Below are positions 1 to 9,778 of a DNA stretch of 64,000 nucleotides, piece by piece. Each line of letters begins with the position of its first letter. Position 1 is the stretch's first letter. Origin of the DNA: Nitrospinaceae bacterium (GTDB taxonomy: Bacteria; Nitrospinota; Nitrospinia; Nitrospinales; Nitrospinaceae). The notes below the pieces were generated by a model that saw only the letters and a program-made list of their open reading frames with translations, was not told the origin of the DNA and did no database searches. The translations under genes and the position numbers were made by a program. The stretch is from contig OZ245011.1 of assembly GCA_965223665.1 (NCBI GenBank), positions 1,408,001 through 1,472,000 on the forward strand, in the 5' to 3' direction.

Positions 1-41
1 AACTGCATCCGACCATGAAGGGAAAAATCGTACTCCATTAA
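1..41 (+). CDS. 3' end of a probable cupredoxin (plastocyanin/azurin-like) gene, truncated by window start
   Basis: Frame starting at nt 3 reads LHPTMKGKIVLH-stop, resembling the H-P-x-M-x-G-x-I-x-V C-terminus of blue copper proteins; only 12 codons visible. Confidence 0.4.
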   Translation, partial: LHPTMKGKIVLH

Positions 42-127
42 ACCCGTTTTTTGGGATGCGATACAAAGGCCTGCGTTAATTATTCAGGTAAACTCAGGAA
101 AGACGCGTGGATAGAGGGGAAAACCGG

Positions 128-766
128 TCACTCTTCTCGCGGAATGACCTTAAACTTGCAAACTTCACCTTCGCGTATAATGCATTCCTGGTGGTCAATG
201 TGGCTGTCTAACAAGGTTTCCAGCAAGGCGCGGTCCAGTTGGCAAACTTCTTCAAACTCGCTCGCCAGGTGATGGTAAACACAATTGTAGGCTTTAATGA
301 CGGGAAGGCTTTCGCCCTCGGCCTGAACGATTTTCGTTTCAAATCCCAAACCTTGCATGATACTTGAAACCTCCTCGATTTTTTCAATGAGGCTCATGCC
401 GGATAATTTGGATTTCAAACCTTTTCCAAGGTTTCTTCCAATTTCATCCATCTTGGTTTCAAGACCTTCGAATCCTAATTGCGCTTTGAGGGAATTCAAA
501 AGCAGCTCGGAAAACCAGGAGTATTGCTTGGGGAACAGGTCAATGCCTTTTTCGCTCAGTTTATAAACCTGGCTGGGGCGACCGCGCGTGGAGTTCAATT
601 CGCCTTTGACAATGTAGCCGCCTTTTTCCAGGGCCATCGTATGCTGCTGCACCGCGTTTCGGGAAATGCCCAGCTCGGTGGCCAGTTCATCGATGGTGAG
701 TCCCGATTTATGGAACAACAGTTTTTCCAACAATTCGCTTTGACGATGCCCAAATCCATAAAACAT
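128..766 (-). CDS. HTH transcriptional regulator, SufR/ArsR-like, with C-terminal Cys cluster
   Basis: N-terminal HTH (TIDELATELGISRNAVQQH...RGRP..VY.LS) and C-terminal NCVYH...EVCQLD...C.....C pattern typical of SufR-like regulators. Confidence 0.75.
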   Translation of the reverse strand: MFYGFGHRQSELLEKLLFHKSGLTIDELATELGISRNAVQQHTMALEKGGYIVKGELNSTRGRPSQVYKLSEKGIDLFPKQYSWFSELLLNSLKAQLGFEGLETKMDEIGRNLGKGLKSKLSGMSLIEKIEEVSSIMQGLGFETKIVQAEGESLPVIKAYNCVYHHLASEFEEVCQLDRALLETLLDSHIDHQECIIREGEVCKFKVIPREE

Positions 767-1059
767 AAAATCGTTCCTATTCAGAGAGAACTAACGCTTA
801 TCCAAATATAATTTTACCAAATATCTGTGGCCCGAGTTCGAAAAGTTTCACGCCGGATTTGAAAAAAAAAGCGCCCTCCGGCAAGGTGATTGTCAGAGGG
901 ATTTGCGGGGAAATTGGGCCACCCGGTCCCAAAAAAATAATTTTGTAAGGTGGCGGGTGGAGCCGAGACTAATAGGCTCTCGCATGATAGTCGCGAGGTC
1001 GGTGGACTTCCTCCGGCAAAATAAAATTAACAATCTGAGCCAAGTTAAGGGGGCATATC

Positions 1060-1359
1060 ATGAGTAATCGAAATGGAAATTTAGTCGGCGGCGATGCGGA
1101 ACATCCGGCATCGGGCCTGGTCAAAATAGAAGGCAACGTGGTGAAACTGGTGGACGTTCAAATTACAGAAGCGCCGGACGGACGCGTGATTCTGAGCAAA
1201 GATCTGGACGAGGCGAGCGGTGTGCGTTTAGGCAAACTGCAGGGGTTCACCGGAAGTCATGAGTACCCGATTCCGGAGGGCACCAATCCTGACGAGTACA
1301 ACAGCGTTCTCATCTGGTGCGACCAGTTTAACGTGCCCATCGGGAAAGTGGATTTATAG
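1060..1359 (+). CDS. DM13 domain protein
   Basis: H..SG.V, APD..V.LS, LG.L, Y.IP.G, SVLIWCDQF.V motifs; AAGGGG RBS upstream. Confidence 0.8.
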   Translation: MSNRNGNLVGGDAEHPASGLVKIEGNVVKLVDVQITEAPDGRVILSKDLDEASGVRLGKLQGFTGSHEYPIPEGTNPDEYNSVLIWCDQFNVPIGKVDL

Positions 1360-1517
1360 TTTCCAGCGTGACGCTGGACCCACTCACTCGCCGTGAGGGG
1401 CAACCAGGCCCCTCCTGGTGGGAACTTTATTTTTCATTGAATGATTGAGAATACAGAATCTGAAAATTTTTTCTAAAGTAAAGTTCATCTTTAGAAGAAA
1501 ACCAAAAAAAGAGAGCC

Positions 1518-2082
1518 GATGTGCCCCCTCTTTCCCAACCTGCGGTTGGATGCAAAAAGTATATTAAGAAATTGATGGATAGACGAACTGAATAGAGCCA
1601 TAGGATATTCCTACTTCCCCCAGGCGTTGCCTGGTGGGGTGATTCACATTCAGGGGTTTTATATTTTCCTTTAGAAGTGAATAAGGAAGGAAAGGACCAT
1701 GCGTTCCCCCTTTATGAAGGGGGCTAGGGGGATTTTTCCACTCTCCGTGGAGGCAACTATAATTTGCGATGATCGGTGATCCCTGCCGATCCCGCTAAAC
1801 CTTTTCCAAAGTTTAGTTTTCCTTTAGAAACCAATGAAAGAGAGAAAGGGGATGTGCCCCCTCTTTCCCAACCTGCGGTTGGATGCAAAAAGTATATTAA
1901 GAAATTGATGGATAGACGAACTGAATAGAGCCATAGGATATTCCTACTTCCCCCAGGCGTTGCCTGGTGGGGTGATTCACATTCAGGGGTTTTATATTTT
2001 CCTTTAGAAGTGAATAAGGAAGGAAAGGACCATGTGTTCCCCCTTTATGAAGGGGGCTAGGGGGATTTTTCCACTCTCCGTG
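1518..2082 (+). repeat. Near-perfect 232-bp direct repeat (1518-1749 and 1851-2082) built of dispersed-repeat modules
   Basis: Manual alignment shows one mismatch (tgcgtt/tgtgtt). Confidence 0.9.
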
Positions 2083-2099
2083 AAAACAACTAGGATTGT

Positions 2100-2612
2100 T
2101 CACTTTTTAGCCTGCGCCTGCCGCCAAAAGTTTTGCGCCGTTTGATAAAACTGGTTGAACTGTTGCTCGGAAGAGAAACTGCGCTTGGGAATGATGTGGA
2201 ATAAGTAACTAGATATTCGGAAAAGCAGGAAGGATTTCACAACTTTTATCTCTTCAATCCCTCCCCACAGGCTGGTCCCTTCATTGGCGGTTGTCTTTTC
2301 ATGCAATCCTTTTTCATCGATTTCATAATGGTGCTCACCTAGAATTCCATTCGACTTTTTGGACGACGCCAGAATAATGCAAAAACTAATAATTACCCCC
2401 ACAAGCATGGCAATCAATCCGACTGTTACTGATACAAAAATATTTATCAACCAGTCTTTAAGACAATTGGGGACCCCGTAGAGCCACAAATTAAACATAA
2501 AAGAAAAAAATATTATATATCCTAATGCTTTATGGTTCGCCTTCAATTTATAAAATATTGAAAGGTTAAACTGAAGCAAGTCTTTTCGAGTAAGATCTGT
2601 CGTTACTTTCAT
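2100..2612 (-). CDS. YcxB-like membrane protein
   Basis: Two TM segments, then ...W..I.EI...K.F.L......IIPKRSF.S..Q...F C-terminal pattern. Confidence 0.7.
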   Translation of the reverse strand: MKVTTDLTRKDLLQFNLSIFYKLKANHKALGYIIFFSFMFNLWLYGVPNCLKDWLINIFVSVTVGLIAMLVGVIISFCIILASSKKSNGILGEHHYEIDEKGLHEKTTANEGTSLWGGIEEIKVVKSFLLFRISSYLFHIIPKRSFSSEQQFNQFYQTAQNFWRQAQAKK

Positions 2613-2629
2613 CGGATTCCATTAATGAG

Positions 2630-3070
2630 TGTGAAGCCGGTGTGCACCCTCTTTCCTAAAGAGGGCTGGGGTGATTCACATTCAGGGGTTTGAAATTATT
2701 TTAAAAATCTACTGGAGGTAAAATCCCCCTGGCCCCCTTCATAAAGGGGGAACACATGGCCTTCATTCAATAATTTCTTCTGAAGGTTAAACATCAAAAT
2801 CAAAAAAGTTTTCATAATTCTGTCAGCAAGTAACCTCATCGCACATAAATTATGAGTGCAGCATCACGCTGCCGTCGCAAATGAATGCTGCCGCCGGCCG
2901 GGCCAGGGTAACGCTGAACCCGAAAATTATTTACTATGGTCTGCGATAACAACTGAATCCACCTAATATTTCTAAAGTTGAGTTTTTCTTTAGAAACAAA
3001 TGAAAGAACGAAAGGGAATGTACCCCCTCTTTCCTAAAGAGGGCTGGGGTGATTGACCGCCTGGGAATTT
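2630..3070. repeat. Cluster of modular palindromic dispersed repeats
   Basis: CCCTCTTTCCTAAAGAGGGCTGGGGTGATT (twice) and AAATCCCCCTGGCCCCCTTCATAAAGGGGG modules that recur across the window. Confidence 0.85.
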
Positions 3071-3092
3071 TCGTTTTTAATTTCATATTAAA

Positions 3093-3785
3093 CTAGGCCT
3101 TTCCAGTGCCGGAGCGCACGCGGATTTTCGCCGGCGTTTTCGGCGAAGACATCACCGGACAGTTGTACAGTTTCGCTTCTACCTCATAATGCGAAAAGAA
3201 ACTGCGGTCACCCACTTTATACAGTTTATTCACTTCGTGCATATAGGCGGTGTTGGCGTTATCATCGACGGCGGCTTCACGGACTTTCATTTCCACATAA
3301 TGAATGTACATGTCATGCTCCGATGCTTTGCCAACGTACTTGCATCCCAACGGTTCATCATAGATGAGGTTGACCTTGAGTCGGGGATCCATCACAAACT
3401 TATCTTTGTTATGACAGCGATACGCCTGCGCGATGCCGTTCAAGTAAGGTTCCTTATCATAACCTTCGGAAGCCTCCATGGTTTTCCATCGCTTGAGAAC
3501 CTGAAACGTGTCGCCACCCACCTTGCCGGTTTTGTTGGTGAAGAACTTGGTGAACGCATCGAAGTTGTACTCCTCGTCATCGTACTCGGGGAAGTCGAGC
3601 ATCTTGATCGTGCCGAGGTCGATGCAATCCGACGGAGTCGCATTAACCTCTTTCACATGCTTGGCATGGGGACGCACCGTTCGAAACAAATTGCCCTGCA
3701 TGGCGCATCCCACGAAGAGCGAGGTTATATAAATGACAATAAGACCTTTGGCGAAATGGACCATGACCACCCGGTATCCTTTCAA
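3093..3785 (-). CDS. Lipoprotein with two DUF4156-like Cys-containing repeats
   Basis: Lipobox FVGC; two repeats P..C..(L/V)G ... (A/L)Y(R/N)C. Confidence 0.55.
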   Translation of the reverse strand: MKGYRVVMVHFAKGLIVIYITSLFVGCAMQGNLFRTVRPHAKHVKEVNATPSDCIDLGTIKMLDFPEYDDEEYNFDAFTKFFTNKTGKVGGDTFQVLKRWKTMEASEGYDKEPYLNGIAQAYRCHNKDKFVMDPRLKVNLIYDEPLGCKYVGKASEHDMYIHYVEMKVREAAVDDNANTAYMHEVNKLYKVGDRSFFSHYEVEAKLYNCPVMSSPKTPAKIRVRSGTGKA

Positions 3786-4102
3786 TCGATAGTTTTGTTG
3801 TAGAGAGAATTTTGAGATCAGAACTTATTTCGAGCCTAACCTATTATCCAGAGTAACGGATACCCAAAAAGGTGTAAAGCGCCCGTGCCGCCGTAGATTT
3901 TAAGTAAGGGAATTTGAGGGGGATTGGAGTGAATATTTGCCCTTTAAAAATAAACATGAACCCTAAAAGGCCCCAAAGTTGTACCTCAATTAAGCCATCA
4001 AACCTTCATATTTTATTAGCCCAAATTTTCCTTGATTACCAAAACGGATTTGGGTAGTGTTGAGAAAATAAATCTCTATTCTAAAAATCAGGGAGCATTA
4101 TT

Positions 4103-4981
4103 ATGGCAGTTCCACAAGGGTATGGGAATAAAAATACCGAAGGGGAAAAAGCTTCTAAAAATCAGAGTAAACAGTGTTTTGTAATAGCACCAATTGGAGC
4201 GGCAGACTCCGAAACCCGAAAGCGTTCAGATCAAGTATTAAAATATATAATTGAACCGCCCTTAAAAGAATTGGGATATGAAACAACTCGGGCTGACAAA
4301 ATTAGTGAACCTGGAATGATTTCAGGGCAAATTTTGCAATTTATTGAAGAAGCGGACCTTGTAATTGCAGATTTAACAGAGAGAAATCCTAACGTTTTTT
4401 ATGAGATTGCCTTTAGACACCTAATAAATAAACCTTTTATACATCTAATTCAAGATGGAGAAAATATACCATTTGATGTTTTTGATTTAAGAGCAATTCA
4501 TTTTAATCATAAAGATTTAGATAGTGTGGATCGAGCAAAAACCGAAATTAAATTACAAATAGAAGCTATTGAAAAACCCGATTTTGAATTAACTACACCT
4601 TTTTCAAATTCTATAAACTTAGAAAAACTTCAAAATAGTGAGAATTCGGAAGGCCAAGCAATTGGTCAAGTAGTGGAGGGCTTGCATCATCTAATTCGGT
4701 TGATTAGCAATTCAAATGAGCGACTAGACCGATTGGAAAACCTTCAACAAATCCAAAAACCGAATTATTTAGGTATGGGAAGCTCTGATCTAAGAGTTTA
4801 CACTCCATCATCACCTCCTGAATGGATTAAATACATTAATGAATTTTCTTTGGGGGGGAAAGCAACGGGAGAAAAAAAATTGAATAAAGATACAAAATTA
4901 AAAAATAAAGCATCGGGAAACCTCAAAAAAGAAAAAGACATAGAAAAAGAAAACTTAGGAAAAAGCAAGCCAGGACCATGA
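4103..4981 (+). CDS. Nucleoside 2-deoxyribosyltransferase-like (TIR-like Rossmann) domain protein with C-terminal coiled coil
   Basis: CFVIAPIG, RADKI..PG.I, ADLVIADLT.RNPNVFYE, IPFD motifs; AT-rich. Confidence 0.7.
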   Translation: MAVPQGYGNKNTEGEKASKNQSKQCFVIAPIGAADSETRKRSDQVLKYIIEPPLKELGYETTRADKISEPGMISGQILQFIEEADLVIADLTERNPNVFYEIAFRHLINKPFIHLIQDGENIPFDVFDLRAIHFNHKDLDSVDRAKTEIKLQIEAIEKPDFELTTPFSNSINLEKLQNSENSEGQAIGQVVEGLHHLIRLISNSNERLDRLENLQQIQKPNYLGMGSSDLRVYTPSSPPEWIKYINEFSLGGKATGEKKLNKDTKLKNKASGNLKKEKDIEKENLGKSKPGP

Positions 4982-5088
4982 TAATTATTCACACCAGCAG
5001 TGTTGGCAACTAAAATCATCTTCCGAAAGATAACCACTAGCATCTTGCACACTAATATCAATTATCCAATCTGTATTCCCATCGCCAA

Positions 5089-5483
5089 TTACACAAAATG
5101 GATTTCGAGGTGGTTGGTGTCGGGGTCGTTGAAGTCCATGGCGATCCCATCTCAGCGGACCACAGGACCGGACCCCGTCCGGTCGGTAAATTTAATCTTC
5201 GATGAGTATCAGTAAATACGGTATCGTCGCAATGTTTTCGAAAATCTCAGTTGCCTCTGGCGGCTAGCCAGTCCTCACTCAGTTTGTCGATTTCTTTCGT
5301 GGTGTCTAAATCGGGGGCTTCGAACAGGGCCACGGCGGACGGACCCACCCTCACCATAATGTGCGGCGCTCCGGTTTCCAGGCGCATGAATACTTCGAAT
5401 CCTAAAACCTTCGTGTAAAAGTCTTCGGCGCGTTTGAGGTTGCGTACGTTCAAGGCAATGTGGTCGACTCCTTCGATTTTCAT
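5089..5483 (-). pseudogene. Disrupted VOC/glyoxalase gene
   Basis: N-terminal half (DHIALNVRNL..AEDFY..VLG) ends prematurely. C-terminal GPVVR*DGIAMDFNDPDTNHLEIHFV* lies at about 5170-5089 with an in-frame stop. The middle is replaced by repeat-like DNA. Intact paralogue at 55477-55902. Confidence 0.75.
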
Positions 5484-5982
5484 AGTTTCAACTCTTTATT
5501 TTAAAGTTTATTAATAAGGTCAATCACCCCAGCCCTCTTTAAAAAGAGGGAGCACATTCACCTTCGTTTTCTAATTTTTCTTCTAAAGGCAAACTTTACT
5601 TAAGAAAGTTTTGTGATGATTCTGCGCTCGCCACGGATCATCGAAAATAAAATATTCCCTCCAGGCGTGGCCCGGAAATCCCCCTAGCCCGCAGCGTGAC
5701 GCTGCACTCGGAATTAATCTTCAATGTGTTTCTTTGGAAACTGTATCTACAGAACTTCCCACAACGTCTTCTTTCATTTAGTTTAAAACCCCTGAAGGAA
5801 AAATCCCCCTAGCCCCCTTCATAAAGGGGGAACGCACCCACTTCTATCCTAATCTTCTTCTAAAGACCGGACCCCATCCGGTGGGAACATTTAATTTTCG
5901 ATTTATATAATTAGATGCAGAATCGGAGAGAAGTATTCAAAATTTATTCCGCGTATTGTTCCGGATCCCTAAAAGAACCACT

Positions 5983-6594
5983 TCAAATAGGTTTTCCGGA
6001 GAGGTATAGATCGACTGATCCTAAAGGATCTTTCACGGGGAGAGCGTCCTTGCCTACTTTCTTGGTGCCGGGTGTGAAGTTGCAGGGATAAATTTCGACA
6101 TTCACTTTCACCTCCGGTCCCATCACGGAGTCCAGCAGGTCACTGGCCGCGTACCGAATATCCAGATCCAGCGGAAGCGTCGTTCTGGTTTTGGGTGGAA
6201 AGTTGAGTCGGTATTCAAAAGCATCCAGAAACGGGTTGGACCAGTCCAGTATCTCGTAAGGCTTTCCCAAAATGTGCACCGGCGCAATGGCTTCGTCAGA
6301 TTGTGTTTTGATGAGTCCGCACAAGGTGGAGTAATTGAACATGTGCAGGTCGATATTCGCTTTATTCGATACCACCAGATGGCCGATTTGAGTTCTGAGA
6401 CGTTTGTCGTATTTTACCGAATCCAGAAATTTAAAATAGACTTCGTGCCTGTCGTTATCCGCCACCATTTGAGTCAATTGAAACCGAAACGCGTTTTCGT
6501 AATCGGGGTCCGGGCTCATAGAGCACGATGTCAGCATCAGGCACATTGCCAACTGTCCCACAATTTTTAGGAATTGAGAAAATATTCGTTTCAT
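5983..6594 (-). CDS. Hypothetical lipoprotein
   Basis: Open frame; MKRIFSQ... signal peptide with LTSC lipobox suggests start at 6594 rather than 6666. Confidence 0.6.
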   Translation of the reverse strand: MKRIFSQFLKIVGQLAMCLMLTSCSMSPDPDYENAFRFQLTQMVADNDRHEVYFKFLDSVKYDKRLRTQIGHLVVSNKANIDLHMFNYSTLCGLIKTQSDEAIAPVHILGKPYEILDWSNPFLDAFEYRLNFPPKTRTTLPLDLDIRYAASDLLDSVMGPEVKVNVEIYPCNFTPGTKKVGKDALPVKDPLGSVDLYLSGKPI

Positions 6595-6887
6595 TATTAT
6601 AAAAAGCCTATCCTCGTTTTTGATGTATCCAGTATAGGGTTTCAAAGTAGGTGGATCAATAACCACACCAGGCCACGCCTGGAAGAAGCAAAAATTTCAT
6701 AAGGTACCTTTCGGACCCTCTATCCATAAACTATTGAATATCCCTTTTGCCGCCACGGCGAGTGGTCAATCACCCCAGCCCGCAGCGTGACGCTGCCGGC
6801 TCACAGCCGGTGGGAATATTTTTTTGCGATGAGTTACTGTGTAGACCGAATCTTCAGAATCATTTCTTTACGTTTTCTCCACTCAAC

Positions 6888-7046
6888 ACTAAACCCCCAA
6901 GTGGTCAATCACCCCAGCCCTCTTTAAAAAGAGGGCGATCATCGACTTCCGTTTTAATATTTTCTTCTAAAGAATCCGCTCTATATATAGAACAAACTGA
7001 ACTTACGAAAAAGCTCTCAAGATTCTGCGTTAACCACCGATCATCG
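6888..7046 (+). repeat. 159-bp direct repeat, copy 1 (copy 2 at 11087-11245)
   Basis: Manual alignment, only a few mismatches. Confidence 0.85.
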
Positions 7047-7257
7047 CTAATAAAAGTTGCCTCCACGGCGAGTGGAAAAATCCCCCTGGCCCCCTTCACA
7101 AAGGGGGAATACATCAACGCTCTATTAACATTTTTTTCTAAAGAACCAGCGTTATATATAGAACAAACTCAACTTAGGGAAAGGTTCTAATGCTTCTATT
7201 TGCAAGTAAACACATCGGAGATAAATTTCCCCGTCGGCCGGGGGCCGATGTGGACGG

Positions 7258-7872
7258 TTATGATTGATTCAGCGTTTGCAGGAAGGTCGCGATTTCCAGA
7301 CTGAGATCGGTGAGGGTCTGGTTCATAGCTGCCACAATGCCTTTAAAGTCAGCGGAAGGAACCTGTTGCCGAAAGTCGGATTTTTTCATGACCAGGGTAT
7401 CCTTTCCGTTATTGGTGAGCACCGTCCACCTGGCTTTCAAAATACTGCCCTTCCCCATCATCCCAATAAATTCGGTGACCTCGACTATGACCTGGTAGTC
7501 GATTGGCGTTGAACCTCTCCATGGGAAAATTGAAATCCGATCCGTTTTCATCAGCGCGGAAAGGTTTTCAGCCAATACTCTTGAAAAATTACCCTCCAGA
7601 GGCTCCGCCCATTGGTGAAACTCAGACAGATCGACATTATTCTGATTGGTGCGCGTTACAATTTGTGGGCGGTTGAGGTGTTCGGGAAGCTCCACGGGAC
7701 CAATTCCCAGCGCCAGATTCGATTGGGGCGTAGCAGTGATAGCATCGGCATTGCTGCCAGTTTCCAAAGGTGAAAGCACGTAAAATTTTGCTGGAACTGA
7801 TGAAGAACCTCCACATCCCGACAGGAACAACAGCATAACGGAAAGAACTAGAACGAACCAACGAAACATCAT
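7258..7872 (-). CDS. PqiC-family ABC transport auxiliary lipoprotein
   Basis: Lipobox LSGC; YVL, GIGPVELP..L.RPQIV, WAEPL motifs; follows MCE gene. Confidence 0.85.
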   Translation of the reverse strand: MMFRWFVLVLSVMLLFLSGCGGSSSVPAKFYVLSPLETGSNADAITATPQSNLALGIGPVELPEHLNRPQIVTRTNQNNVDLSEFHQWAEPLEGNFSRVLAENLSALMKTDRISIFPWRGSTPIDYQVIVEVTEFIGMMGKGSILKARWTVLTNNGKDTLVMKKSDFRQQVPSADFKGIVAAMNQTLTDLSLEIATFLQTLNQS

Positions 7873-7877
7873 AAAAC

Positions 7878-8990
7878 CTATCTCCTTTTGGGTGCGCCGG
7901 CCTTGCCGTAGAGCAAAGCGTCCGGATGCCGGGCGAGATAATCGGACAATATACGGATTGATCGGGCGGCGGTAGACAGCTCCCTAAGAGCATTGTCGAG
8001 TTCAAAACGCAGGGTCGAGTCAGTATCGACGGCTTCCTGAACAAGCTTGAGCGTTTTCTTACCTCCGTCCACAGCTTCTTTCGTAGACTTCAGAGTTCCC
8101 GAAAGCTGGGTGGCGAGAGGATCGACCTTGTCGTTAATGTTTTTAGCAAGAGTGCGGGCCTCCCGCATGGCCTCCGAAAATTCCTGTTCCATTTCAGAGA
8201 GTGACTGTTTGCCCTGTTTAAGATCCACTTGAGCCGCTTTCAGGGTTTCATTCATTTCCATGGTCACCGCGGAAATGTTGGCTAAAATCGGCGAAGCTTG
8301 ATCGCTGATTTTTTTCACCAGGTCGCGTGTCTCCTTCAAACTGTCGCGTGCCAAAAGGATAGTTTCCTTCAGTTCACCCGCACCCACTATTTTATCTATC
8401 GACTGCACCATATTATCCATCGACTGTACCATGTGCAGGGTGGCCGTCACCAGATCGTTGAGAGGTAGTTTTTCGAGTCGCTCTCCCAGTTCCTGGATTT
8501 TAGAAGGAATCGTGGGAAACTCCGGCACACCTTCATAGGCCCCCACCAGATTAACCGGGGCGTCGGGATAAAAATCATACTCCACCGCAAGCTGACCCGT
8601 GACAAAGCTTTGGGTCACCAACTGCGCCCGAAGCCCCCGCTCGATCAATTTATAAGCAAAATCATCGTCCTTGTCAAAGTCCACCTTCTCGCCGTTCACC
8701 AGGGTAATCCGGTTTGCTTCTATTTGAACAATTACCGGCGTTCGCACATCCACCTCCTCGTAATTCACCTGCATCAGAATATCTACAACTGAGCCAATCT
8801 GCACTCCACGAAAGTTGACGGGAGCCCCCACGTACAAACCCGCAACCGAACTGTCGAAAAACATCACCCATTTTTTGGTTTTTGTAAAAAACTTTCCTTG
8901 GGAAAAAAAGATCAAACCAAATATCATGAGCAGGATGGCACCTACGACAAATCCTCCAATCAATGTCGGATTGGCTTTCTTAACTTTCAT
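7878..8990 (-). CDS. mlaD: MlaD/MCE family substrate-binding protein
   Basis: N-terminal TM; FDSSVAGL.VGAPV.FRGVQIG.V MCE motif; long helical tail ending HPDALL.GK. Confidence 0.85.
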   Translation of the reverse strand: MKVKKANPTLIGGFVVGAILLMIFGLIFFSQGKFFTKTKKWVMFFDSSVAGLYVGAPVNFRGVQIGSVVDILMQVNYEEVDVRTPVIVQIEANRITLVNGEKVDFDKDDDFAYKLIERGLRAQLVTQSFVTGQLAVEYDFYPDAPVNLVGAYEGVPEFPTIPSKIQELGERLEKLPLNDLVTATLHMVQSMDNMVQSIDKIVGAGELKETILLARDSLKETRDLVKKISDQASPILANISAVTMEMNETLKAAQVDLKQGKQSLSEMEQEFSEAMREARTLAKNINDKVDPLATQLSGTLKSTKEAVDGGKKTLKLVQEAVDTDSTLRFELDNALRELSTAARSIRILSDYLARHPDALLYGKAGAPKRR

Positions 8991-9757
8991 CGCGCCTCCA
9001 GAGTTGGAGAACTCCGGGTCAGGAAATTCCGAACCTTCGGCTCTGTGGATTCCGCTAAAAGTTTTTTGGGATTCCCCTGGGCGATCATGGTTTTGGATTC
9101 CGCATCCAGGAAGATGGAATCGTCTCCAATCGCAAAAATGCTTTGCAATTCATGAGTGACCACAACCACAGTTGTTCCCAAACTGGACTTCAGTTCAACA
9201 ATCAGGTCGTCCAAAAGGCGGGCGCTGATGGGATCCAGTCCTGCAGAAGGTTCGTCGAAAAACAAAAGTTCGGGGTCCAGGGCCATAGCGCGTGCAAGCC
9301 CGGCTCGTTTCTGCATCCCCCCGCTGATTTCAGAGGGATAAAATTCCTCAAATCCTTTAAGCCCGACAAGAGACAGTTTGAGTATGGCCACCTCTCGAAT
9401 CTGCGAGGGAGTGAGGTCTGTAAACTCGGAAAGCGGCAAAGCCACATTTTCCGCCAGCGTCATGGAACTCCATAGTGCTCCTGCTTGATAAAGCACTCCA
9501 AACCGATGCATCATCCGCTCCCGTTCCCAGGGATCGGCCTCCCAAAAGTTTTCTCCGTTATAAAAAATCTCTCCCTGGTCCGGTTCAATCAGACCCACCA
9601 GGTGTCTAAGCAAAGTACTTTTGCCACAGCCGCTGCCTCCCATGATAATGAACACCTCACCCCGCTTTACAGTGAAATTAAGATTGCGTTGGATAACGAA
9701 ATCCCCATAGGCCATATCCAGCTGCTCTACGCGAATGTGAGTCTCTGTTTCAGTCAT
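8987..9757 (-). CDS. mlaF: MlaF-like ABC transporter ATP-binding protein
   Basis: Walker A GGSGCGKST, signature ISGGMQKR, Walker B LFFDEP, H-loop VTHE. Confidence 0.9.
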   Translation of the reverse strand: MTETETHIRVEQLDMAYGDFVIQRNLNFTVKRGEVFIIMGGSGCGKSTLLRHLVGLIEPDQGEIFYNGENFWEADPWERERMMHRFGVLYQAGALWSSMTLAENVALPLSEFTDLTPSQIREVAILKLSLVGLKGFEEFYPSEISGGMQKRAGLARAMALDPELLFFDEPSAGLDPISARLLDDLIVELKSSLGTTVVVVTHELQSIFAIGDDSIFLDAESKTMIAQGNPKKLLAESTEPKVRNFLTRSSPTLEAR

Positions 9758-9778
9758 TGCGGTTATCGATTTCCATTT

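Noticed and set aside
1897-2103. Short ORFs with PPSPLHKGG / GQSPQPSLKRG-type peptides (also 6747, 6905, 10991, 30044, 45744, 51769, 54042, 54131, 56028)
   Set aside because: Translations of the dispersed palindromic repeat modules, not genes
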